From: a virus
Lineage: Duplodnaviria > Caudoviricetes
Direction: 5' to 3' (one strand)
IMG/VR virus record: IMGVR_UViG_3300025009_000114
Coordinates: 1 to 59,414 of that record
Length of the DNA: 59,414 nucleotides
Shown: in pieces, positions 1 through 7,780 of the stretch
How the letters are laid out: each line of letters begins with the position of its first letter
How positions within the stretch are numbered: position 1 is the stretch's first letter
The notes under the pieces: model-generated
Told to the model about the DNA's origin: nothing
Databases searched by the model: none
Seen by the model: only the letters and a program-made list of their open reading frames with translations
Program-made: the position numbers and the translations under genes

Positions 1-15
1 CTATCAGGCTTTCAG

Positions 16-141
16 GCTAATAGCCTGATAGCCTGATAGCCTGATAGCTACGGATAGGTACAGATAGCCTGATAGAATCCTGATAGCCTGATAGCTACAG
101 ATAGGTACGGATAGCCTGATAGGTACAGATAGGTACAGATA
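16..141 (+). repeat. Left copy of 126-bp direct terminal repeat, built from GATAG-containing 9-10-nt units
   Basis: 16-141 is identical to 59289-59414; either a true DTR or a circular assembly overlap. Confidence 0.9.
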
Positions 142-445
142 GACTGATAGCCTGTTAGTAGCTCTATTAGGTAAGGATATGATAGATACTATTAGTATAT
201 ACTATTAGTATATATTAGATACTAATAGGCTGATAGGCTATTACCTTGTAGCTGATCTGATAGACTTCCAGGCTAAAAGTAGATTAGTTAAAAATAAGTG
301 TTGCATATAGTCTCAGGGTAGGGTATACCTGTGTCTGATAGTTGAGTACATGTTTACCTTATGAGCTGCTTAGCTCACCTGATTGGTAAAGTTTAGCTGA
401 CGCTAGTTCTTTAGTTAGCTTTGATAACTCCGATCAGATCTAGCC

Positions 446-474
446 TTGACATTAGGTGTTTCAGTAGTTAAGGT
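446..474 (+). promoter_or_regulatory. Putative host sigma70-type early promoter
   Basis: TTGACA-N17-TAAGGT upstream of the first early ORFs. Confidence 0.5.
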
Positions 475-722
475 TCTTTTTATAGCTTCTAGTTAATAAC
501 TAGACTCCTAGCGGTTCAGGGTGACTATCTCTGATAGAATCCAGCTAGATAATAACTTTAGCAGAGCTGCTAGTTTGCTTTTGTGGCTTTGCTATTAGGA
601 GTCACGCTGACGCTTTGACTTGTTCTAACAGTACAAGTATCTCTGACGGGATACTCCTAACAGCAAGTCTACAAAGCATAGCGTGCAAGTTAATATTAAT
701 CATTCAGCTAACAGGTGCTAAA

Positions 723-926
723 ATGGCTAACATGACTCAAGTAATCAAAGTAAATGGATCTAACTGTACCCTTTCAAGGTTCAACAGTGCTAACAGATCA
801 TTAAGTATCGTTTCCCCTTCTTTCGGTCCTGGTATCATCTACCTGGACAAAGGAACAACTAAAAGAGGTATGTTGAATTATCGTGATTATGATGGAAAGT
901 ATAGAGCTGTTGAGGTGCAATTATAA
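723..926 (+). CDS. Hypothetical early protein
   Basis: ORF 615-926; ATG at 723 follows an AGGTG Shine-Dalgarno. Confidence 0.6.
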   Translation: MANMTQVIKVNGSNCTLSRFNSANRSLSIVSPSFGPGIIYLDKGTTKRGMLNYRDYDGKYRAVEVQL

Positions 927-1086
927 GTGCGCTAGCACTTTTGAGCGTAGCGACAGTGAGCGAATTGTTTATCTGCTAGAGTCTACTAGTCCGCCTAGTA
1001 GACTTTATGAAGCTAAACAAGTGAATAAGTTGTTTAACAATTAGATTCAATTGGCTTGTCCAATTGTTGAGGAGCGAAGCGACGAT

Positions 1087-1485
1087 ATGAAAGAGAATAA
1101 TACTCATTGTATAGATCCTAATAATAATAACAAATGGTCAAAAAGTATATATACAAAGGAACAAGCTAAAAAGCATTTCAAGAGTCTGATAGATTGCAGT
1201 GATTGCAGTGATTGCAGTAATTGCAGTAATTGCAAGTATTGTAGTAATTGCAGTGATTTTAATAGGAACCCTAACAGGTACACTGGTAATCCCATAGGAA
1301 GCCGTAATAATCAAACGACTACATATTGGTTACCTGACAATATCCAGGTAGTGTGCGGATATTTTAAAGGGAATCTCTCAGCCTTTAAAGAAGCTGTCGC
1401 TTCCAAACATAAAGGCAATCAGCACGAACAAGAGTACCTACAGTACATAAAGATTGTAGAAACCATTATATCTATGGAGGTATAA
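1087..1485 (+). CDS. Protein with (CxxC)n Cys repeat and a C-terminal domain like those following phage pentapeptide repeats (DUF5758-like)
   Basis: CSDCSDCSNCSNCKYCSNCSD from a 9-bp tandem repeat; GSRN..TT...VVCGYFKGNL..F..AV...H pattern. Confidence 0.65.
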   Translation: MKENNTHCIDPNNNNKWSKSIYTKEQAKKHFKSLIDCSDCSDCSNCSNCKYCSNCSDFNRNPNRYTGNPIGSRNNQTTTYWLPDNIQVVCGYFKGNLSAFKEAVASKHKGNQHEQEYLQYIKIVETIISMEV

Positions 1486-1488
1486 GTT

Positions 1489-1788
1489 ATGCGAAAGACA
1501 ATAACCCTATACGACTTCCGTAATGACTTTCAGGCAATTAGACCTGGACAGTTCAGCTATAAAGGTCTCGCAGCTCTCTTTGAATACTTCGAAGATCTTG
1601 AGTCGCAAACAGGCGAACAGATGGAGCTAGATGTTATAGCTATCTGTTGTGAGTATACAGAATATGAGGACCTTGAATCATTCTGGCAGGACTATGATAA
1701 AGATGAGTATGCCAGTATTGAAGATATCCAGGAAGCTACTACTGTAATTATGGTAGATGAGAAAAGGTTTATTATACAGCAATTCTAA
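1489..1788 (+). CDS. Acidic early protein (possible DNA mimic / antirestriction)
   Basis: GGAGG SD; strongly D/E-rich 99 aa. Confidence 0.6.
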   Translation: MRKTITLYDFRNDFQAIRPGQFSYKGLAALFEYFEDLESQTGEQMELDVIAICCEYTEYEDLESFWQDYDKDEYASIEDIQEATTVIMVDEKRFIIQQF

Positions 1789-1917
1789 TCGCCTAACGGC
1801 TCAACAATTGCACAGCAATTGAGTTAATAGCTTCTACAAGAGGTGTAAAGATCCTGTTTATACCTCTGATAGAATCCATTAGTTCAATTAACAACCAATC
1901 ACTCAAAGAGGTGCTAT

Positions 1918-2394
1918 ATGCCATATCTCGGCACAAGAGACTTAGAGAGGCGAAGAGAAGAGTTGCAAGACGAGTTAGATAGCTTAAAAGAATCTCTTGC
2001 AGAAGCTACAGAAGCATACGAAGAAGCTGCAAGTGAATACAGGGAAGCTAGTACAGATGAAGAAATAGAAGAAGCTCAAAACTTCATGGATCAAAAGGGA
2101 GATGACAGAGATGATGCTGCTACTGATCTTCACGAATGGCAAGAAGAGAATCAAGAAGAGTTAGACGAATTGACTTCTTTGTCAGAAGAAATTAGCGAAT
2201 GGCAAGACGGTGCAACTCTTATACCTGAAGATGAATTTACAGAATACTGTCAGGAGCTGTTAGAAGATACTGGAGACTTACCGAAAGATATACCTCATTA
2301 TATCGTGATCGATTGGGAAGCTACAGCCAATAACCTGAGGGTTGATTACACTGAAGTAGAGTACCAGGGGACAACTTACCTCGTAAAAGATTAG
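1918..2394 (+). CDS. Very acidic ArdA-like antirestriction candidate
   Basis: Extreme D/E content; C-terminus IPHYIVIDWEATANNLRVDY resembles the ArdA C-terminal Y(I)DWEA motif. Confidence 0.55.
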   Translation: MPYLGTRDLERRREELQDELDSLKESLAEATEAYEEAASEYREASTDEEIEEAQNFMDQKGDDRDDAATDLHEWQEENQEELDELTSLSEEISEWQDGATLIPEDEFTEYCQELLEDTGDLPKDIPHYIVIDWEATANNLRVDYTEVEYQGTTYLVKD

Positions 2395-2423
2395 CACCTA
2401 ACAGTCCAACCAGCACCTACCAG

Positions 2424-2460
2424 CCCCCGATAGTGTCTCTTGTATACTATTGGGGTTTTT
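2424..2460 (+). terminator. Putative intrinsic terminator
   Basis: CCCCGATAGTGT..ATACTATTGGGG stem followed by a T-run. Confidence 0.6.
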
Positions 2461-2502
2461 CTTTGTAAATTAGAGACTTAATATGATTCTACTAACTAAG
2501 AT

Positions 2503-2724
2503 ATGATAACAGCACTAGAAGTTTTAACAGAGCTGCACAAAACTTGTTGTTTTCAAACAAGAGAAGGAAAGAAAGTAGGCAAGGCATCTAACTCCGAATT
2601 AAGAAGATGGATAAAAAATGGTGCTGTTATTGTGAATGGGAAAAAAGCTATCTTTGGTGATCCAATACAGTACCCGATAACTTCTTTTTTATTGTTTCCG
2701 AATAAACCCATAACTCTTTTTTAA
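2503..2724 (+). CDS. Small S4-like RNA-binding domain protein
   Basis: SNSELRRWIKNGAVIVNGKK matches the S4 consensus S.SEARRLI..G.V.VNG. Confidence 0.6.
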   Translation: MITALEVLTELHKTCCFQTREGKKVGKASNSELRRWIKNGAVIVNGKKAIFGDPIQYPITSFLLFPNKPITLF

Positions 2725-2736
2725 AAAGGAAAGAAC

Positions 2737-2907
2737 ATGCAAGTAATCACCATTAAGAAATCTGACAGAGCTAAAAGAGCAAATGAGAGAAGACAAAAGG
2801 ATCTTTGCTTGTCGTTAGTAGAGTCTCGGATAGCTGAAAGGAATAAAAAAGCATCTTTCAGGAAAGAGTTTTACAGGGTAGGTTGTATCAACTACAGTCT
2901 TGCTTAA
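2737..2907 (+). CDS. Small basic hypothetical protein (56 aa, not in ORF track)
   Basis: AGGA SD, ATG 2737, MQVITIKKSDRAKR..., stop 2905-2907. Confidence 0.5.
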   Translation: MQVITIKKSDRAKRANERRQKDLCLSLVESRIAERNKKASFRKEFYRVGCINYSLA

Positions 2908-2988
2908 TCGGTTCAAAGAACAATTACAAATTGTAAAGTTGTTTTTCAACTTTTTGAGCATACAAAGTATGCGAATGGGGTTTTACAA

Positions 2989-3183
2989 ATGAGTGAAAGC
3001 AAAAGTAGTCCTTCCGGTGGTGCTAGTTTCTGTAGTCTTCTTACTGTCTTATTTATAGGATTAAAGCTAACAGGGTACATTACGTGGTCTTGGTGGTGGG
3101 TATTGTCTCCGTTGTGGATTTCTTTTATTATATTAATTTTAGTTATCATTGCGGTAGGTATTTTAACCAATTGGAGGTTTTAA
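2989..3183 (+). CDS. Small membrane protein
   Basis: LTVLFIGLKLTGYITWSWWWVLSPLW, two hydrophobic segments; a pattern common in phages. Confidence 0.75.
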   Translation: MSESKSSPSGGASFCSLLTVLFIGLKLTGYITWSWWWVLSPLWISFIILILVIIAVGILTNWRF

Positions 3184-3344
3184 CATGCAAAAAGCAATAG
3201 TAATAGGAACCCTGATAGCCGAAAAGAAAATCCCTTCCTACAAGATCCCCTGTAAGGTTCCTTTCGGATCTATCCTTCGAAAGGCTCTTAGCTCTAAACA
3301 GATTCCAGTTAATCGTGCTGGAAGGTCATAAGACCAGGAAGCCA

Positions 3345-3447
3345 CCTATTAGCCTCTGTAAGTAACAATCAGACTAAAAGGTTCTACCCTACGTGGTAGG
3401 TGCTGATCGTTGCTTACAGGTCAAATTAGACCCCTTCCTGGAGGTAT
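3345..3447. repeat. ~100-bp imperfect palindromic dispersed repeat, copy 1
   Basis: Shares CTGTAAG..CTACCCTAC..GATCGTT..AGACCCCTTC with 4655-4757. Confidence 0.55.
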
Positions 3448-3654
3448 TTTAATATGCCAATAAGTGAGCGAATAAACTTTGTAGTAATGTTGGTTGTATT
3501 TATAGGCATTCTTCTTTGTGCTACTTGCACTGAAGAGGGTGAAGAAAGTTAACTTCTATCGGAGCCTGTTAGATAACTAACAGGTTCTAATAGGTGTTAA
3601 GTTTCAAATGAAAGTGAAAAGGACTAAAAGCGAAACCTAATAGGAGGAAAAACA

Positions 3655-3858
3655 ATGAAATTGTTTTGTAAGTGCAATCAGACAGAAAGGTGGTTTGAAG
3701 AAGGGCATCCCCTCACAGGTGCTCAGATTTTACTCTGTGAGGTGCAAAAAGATCCTATCTTTCGAGGTGATGATTGTCCCAAGTGTAAGCTGTATTATTG
3801 GTATGATCCTTGGTATGAGAACATGATGTATGACCTGAAAGAAGCTAATAGGTGCTGA
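3655..3858 (+). CDS. Hypothetical Cys-containing protein
   Basis: AGGAGG SD; CxC and CxxC. Confidence 0.65.
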   Translation: MKLFCKCNQTERWFEEGHPLTGAQILLCEVQKDPIFRGDDCPKCKLYYWYDPWYENMMYDLKEANRC

Positions 3859-3896
3859 AGACTAGTAGAATAGTTAATTGAAAAAAGGGGGTGTAG

Positions 3897-4214
3897 ATGT
3901 ACATTCAATTAGTAGATAAAGATAATTTCCATTCACCTGTTCTCTACATTCACGATGATGTAGATGAGTTTAAGAAGTTTATAGATAAATATGTGGAAGA
4001 GTTAAAAGAATGGACTAAGACGACTGTTTATTCTGGTATGCCACTTAGTCGTTTTGAACCAGATTGTGTGATGGTAGATTTACTCCATAAACTAGCTATT
4101 TACTATGATGAATCGTCTATGTTCAGAGAAAAAGGAAGAATCCTTGGTACTCTGAGAATTATGAATGAATCAGATGTTAGTGGTGAGGATATTATAAGAA
4201 TTAGGCTGAATTAA
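3897..4214 (+). CDS. Hypothetical protein
   Basis: ORF with G-rich SD. Confidence 0.65.
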   Translation: MYIQLVDKDNFHSPVLYIHDDVDEFKKFIDKYVEELKEWTKTTVYSGMPLSRFEPDCVMVDLLHKLAIYYDESSMFREKGRILGTLRIMNESDVSGEDIIRIRLN

Positions 4215-4227
4215 AGGGGATGAGAAT

Positions 4228-4590
4228 ATGCGAATGTGGATGGTAGACCCTAAATTGCTTTGTAAGAAGCATCTTCAAGGGGAACACTTTGAGATTCACC
4301 TTCACCTTCACCTTCATAACTTTCAAAAGCACCATTCAGTCACTGGCAGAGTATCACCTGTAGTGCTAATAGAACCTGCCTCTATGAAGTCCAGGCATGA
4401 TCTATTAGCACAGGAGATGCTTGCCAGAGGTGGAAAGCATAATAGTCCTTACGAACAACCTGATATCAGCTATTTGCCTGATTGGCAACAAGAGGTGAAA
4501 GCTGATATTAGCTACAATTTAAAAGACCTAACAATGAGGTGTGAAGAGTGTGCAAAGAGAATAAATACGAGCGAAAGAAGCCAATCTTAA
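4228..4590 (+). CDS. Pyrimidine dimer DNA glycosylase / endonuclease V-like protein
   Basis: MRMWMVDP..LC..HL.GEH.E.H and RHD.LA.EM..RG..H.SP patterns. Confidence 0.7.
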   Translation: MRMWMVDPKLLCKKHLQGEHFEIHLHLHLHNFQKHHSVTGRVSPVVLIEPASMKSRHDLLAQEMLARGGKHNSPYEQPDISYLPDWQQEVKADISYNLKDLTMRCEECAKRINTSERSQS

Positions 4591-4654
4591 AGAAGATGAT
4601 AGGGCAACACAAGTAGAGTATCCAGAGAACTTTTACACCTATGAGGAGGAATAA

Positions 4655-4757
4655 CGCTTAGAATGACCTGTAAGCTCATTTCACAGTGCAACCATCCTAC
4701 CCTACCAGCCCCTACATGATCGTTTAATGTAGGGGCAAATAGACCCCTTCTAGGTCA
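4655..4757. repeat. ~100-bp imperfect palindromic dispersed repeat, copy 2
   Basis: Aligns by eye with the reverse complement of 34943-35045 (CCTGTA..ATTTC..ATCCTACCCTAC..TTCTAG). Confidence 0.6.
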
Positions 4758-4844
4758 TATTGCGTAGTAGGGTCTGGTAGGTGCTACCAGCCCCCCTAGA
4801 AAAACCCCGAGTTCGGGCATGTCTCTAAAACAAGTTACAAAAAC

Positions 4845-5330
4845 TCTCTATTAGATATACTATTAGTATATACTAATAGGTGCTAATAGCCTATCAGGTG
4901 TCTATCAGCCTGATAGGTTATCTAACGATAACTATATTTACCTTATACTATCAGGTGCTAATAGCCTGATAGACTTCTGCTAGGGCTAATAGCCTTCTCA
5001 TAGTCATATAGAATTTGTATTTAACTATATGTATTTATCTATGAGAGTCTATTAGCCCTTTTTGTTTTTCTATAAGTCTAATTGTCCCTGTAATAGCTTT
5101 TAGGCTAACTGAATCTAATCACTTCTGTTAGCTCCTTTTAGGTGATAATTGATTCATATAAGCAGTATAAGACCTTGGTGGGTCTTAACTGCTATATAAG
5201 GATATAGTTTGTTCTACTAGTTATTTTACACCTAACTGGTGCTGTTTGTATCCTATTAGTATATATAGTCCAATTAGCATCTGATAGGCTAATAGAATAC
5301 TCTATTATTCTATCAGATTCTACTTGCCCG
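4845..5330. other. AT-rich non-coding region dense in CTRATAG/CTATYAG motifs; candidate origin or control region
   Basis: No ORF in track; many CTAATAG/CTGATAG/CTATCAG/CTATTAG copies. Confidence 0.45.
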
Positions 5331-5424
5331 CACCTTTCCTTGAAAGGGGCAAGGCTCCCGCCGATTGAGGGGAATCAAATAAATGAAACAATATCCTTAT
5401 AGATCTTATAGGAGATAACATAAG

Positions 5425-5637
5425 ATGAGACATTTAGCAAGAGATGCTGGTAATCACCCTGATGAGGTTTACATGGCTAACTATGATCTATCTAGGGGTG
5501 AAGATCCTTGTGCTCTTTGTAATATTAGTCATAACTGTTTTGGTTATTCTGGATTCTATTGTGCTTTAAATGATCCCGATGAAATCACAGACGATCAGAC
5601 CAGAGTCTATAAGCTCCTCAAGAGGAAAGAATTATGA
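5425..5637 (+). CDS. Small Cys-rich protein, LKRKE-tail family
   Basis: Ends VYKLLKRKEL; AGGAG SD. Confidence 0.7.
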   Translation: MRHLARDAGNHPDEVYMANYDLSRGEDPCALCNISHNCFGYSGFYCALNDPDEITDDQTRVYKLLKRKEL

Positions 5638-5879
5638 TGCTAATAGAGTTCGAAGGGGATCTTTATATAAAGAAATATCAGACAGGTAGGAACTGTGATG
5701 GGTGTTGCTTTAGATCTACAAGATGTGCACATCATTCTTGTTGCCTTGAGTTCGAAGAAGGACAACCTATTAGTCTTATCTTCTTGAAGCTTAGGAGAGA
5801 TAATACAATTGTCAGGTATACAAAGATAATAATAAAACATATCCTTATAGGGTCTAACAACCAGTGGAGGAAATACTAA
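5634..5879 (+). CDS. Small Cys-rich protein, LKRKE-family variant
   Basis: ATGA-coupled; CDGCCF; IFLKLRRD. Confidence 0.65.
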   Translation: MMLIEFEGDLYIKKYQTGRNCDGCCFRSTRCAHHSCCLEFEEGQPISLIFLKLRRDNTIVRYTKIIIKHILIGSNNQWRKY

Positions 5880-6077
5880 TGAGACAACTAGAATACTGTA
5901 AGCCACTAAAGATTGTTCTGATCGGGGGTAGAACCAGAACAAAAGGGACTATGTTATGGTTGTGTTATCTATGAGAAACAAGTTGGTAATTTCTATCGTT
6001 GTTTCGAAGAAGACGGTTGTTCCGTAGAAGGTGGTCTGCAAGTTAATTTCAAACCATTAAAAAGAAAGGAGCTATAA
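5879..6077 (+). pseudogene. Frameshifted LKRKE-family gene
   Basis: Removing one G from G5 at 5924-5928 gives MRQLEYCKPLKIVLIGVEPEQKGLCYGC...NFKPLKRKEL*. Confidence 0.6.
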
Positions 6078-6223
6078 TAGTGCTAATAGACCTAATATTA
6101 TCTGTAGTGTTATTAACTTTCACTTTGTACTTGATTACTACTAGGTGCAAAGATGGTTCTAATGTTCCTGGTAGTTTCTGGATATAAATACTGTCGGAAC
6201 AAGTACTATAAGGGTGGTTCTAT

Positions 6224-6439
6224 ATGAAAGTTACATTGGAAAACAAAGAACATAATACGAAAGCTGAACTCCAACTAAGAGAAGATATTATCCAGCCAGG
6301 GGTCTATAAGGACTTAAAGAAGCACTTGTGTAAATGTGGTGGTAAGTGTGGCTGTCAGGAGCTAGGACATACACACTCCTCACATCATATTTGCACTTGT
6401 CGGGATACTCAAGGGGAAACATATGGACTTGTCAGGTAA
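6224..6439 (+). CDS. Small Cys/His-rich hypothetical protein
   Basis: LCKCGGKCGC motif. Confidence 0.6.
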   Translation: MKVTLENKEHNTKAELQLREDIIQPGVYKDLKKHLCKCGGKCGCQELGHTHSSHHICTCRDTQGETYGLVR

Positions 6440-6688
6440 GAAGATACTGATAAGGAATGAAAAAGAGGGTAAGAAAGTACAGTACCTCTTGTTTCTGTTT
6501 GGGTACTGTTGGTGGTCTATGAGATCTGATAGGAGGTGGCAGTACAATGATATTGAATATATACGAGCATATATTTATCTGGGACCAATGATGAAAAGCT
6601 GTTGAGGTACTGTAGATCTGATGACAGGATTGCAGACAGATTAGATGAAGTAACTATTGACCAACTAATAAAACACAAGGAGTTATAA
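6423..6688 (+). pseudogene. Frameshifted hypothetical gene
   Basis: Removing one TA unit near 6558-6563 joins the 60-aa ORF to ...TSIYLSGTNDEKLLRY...DQLIKHKEL*, which ends just before the next gene. Confidence 0.5.
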
Positions 6689-6691
6689 ATA

Positions 6692-6925
6692 ATGACTGAA
6701 TGGTTCGGGATCGATACTGCTTTGGTTTTGTTAAACAGAGCAGAGAAGACAGGAGAGGGTGTAACTACCTTTAAGGGGTATGGCAGAAACCCTAGAGTAT
6801 TTGCAGCTAAGGTTGTTAGAACACCAACAGAAATGAAAGTGTTCATAGATAATAAATTCAAGAAGAGTTGTACTATTGAGAGTCAGGTAATTGATTTGCT
6901 TGTCGAAGAGGCTGAGAAATTTTAA
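6692..6925 (+). CDS. Hypothetical protein
   Basis: AAGGAG SD. Confidence 0.65.
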   Translation: MTEWFGIDTALVLLNRAEKTGEGVTTFKGYGRNPRVFAAKVVRTPTEMKVFIDNKFKKSCTIESQVIDLLVEEAEKF

Positions 6926-6985
6926 CTATTAGTTTCAAATGAAACTAAAAGTATCTAAAAGTGAAAGTTTAAGCGGAGCGAAACG

Positions 6986-7780
6986 ATGAAAATAAGAATA
7001 CTCAGATATGGTGCAAGTGATTCTCTCAACAGGCTGGTAGATATCCTCAAAGAAGATGGTCATAATGTAAAGAAGCTCCTATTAGGTGAAGATAGCACCT
7101 ATCGTGGTCATAATTCACATCTTGTTATAAATTGGGGTAGTTCTGACAGGGCTAAAGTGATCAGGGGGGTTCCTATGCTCAATGATCCTGCCGCTGTTAA
7201 GATAGTATCAGATAAACTTAAGACCTTCCAGACCCTCACAGACTCTGGCTTTGCTGGTAGGATACCTGATTGGACTGTGAGCAAGGAAGAAGCTAAAAGA
7301 TGGATCACTCAGGAATATTGTAGCGTATATTGCCGCACTATTCTTAGAGGCTCACAGGGTCGTGGTATTGTGGTTGCTTCGACGATAGGAGACCTTGTAG
7401 ATGCTCCTCTGTATGTGAAAGGTGTCCCTGTAGATAGAGAGGTCAGAGTACATGTATTCAAAGAAGAGGTAATAGACTTCTCTCAGAAGAAAAAGATCAA
7501 TAAAGAGAGAAGAGAAACTGAAGGTATCGTTGTTAATGAGGATATTAGAAATCTCTCTGGTGGGTGGGTATTTGCCAGACAGGGGGTAACAGTTCCTGAC
7601 AGTGCCAAAGAGTTAGCTGTTAGTGCTGTCAGGGCTGTTGGTCTTGACTTTGGTGCTGTAGATATAGTTTTGCACAATAATGTACCTAAAGTGCTGGAGA
7701 TTAATTCAGCCCCTGGTATGGAGGGTACTACCCTGGAGAGTTACTTTAATGCCATCAGACGATACATTCAGAACCTTTAG
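6986..7780 (+). CDS. ATP-grasp ligase (RimK/glutathione synthetase-like, phiEco32-type)
   Basis: INWG, SDKLKTFQ, EVRVHV, GLDFGAVDI, VLEINSAPG. Confidence 0.9.
   Translation: MKIRILRYGASDSLNRLVDILKEDGHNVKKLLLGEDSTYRGHNSHLVINWGSSDRAKVIRGVPMLNDPAAVKIVSDKLKTFQTLTDSGFAGRIPDWTVSKEEAKRWITQEYCSVYCRTILRGSQGRGIVVASTIGDLVDAPLYVKGVPVDREVRVHVFKEEVIDFSQKKKINKERRETEGIVVNEDIRNLSGGWVFARQGVTVPDSAKELAVSAVRAVGLDFGAVDIVLHNNVPKVLEINSAPGMEGTTLESYFNAIRRYIQNL

Noticed and set aside
1-270. Terminal short-repeat array as a CRISPR array
   Set aside because: Units are 9-10 nt and abut without unique spacers; no cas genes seen.
1104-1295. Leu/Gln-rich minus-strand ORF
   Set aside because: Antisense shadow of the Cys-repeat gene; no SD and opposite to local gene orientation.
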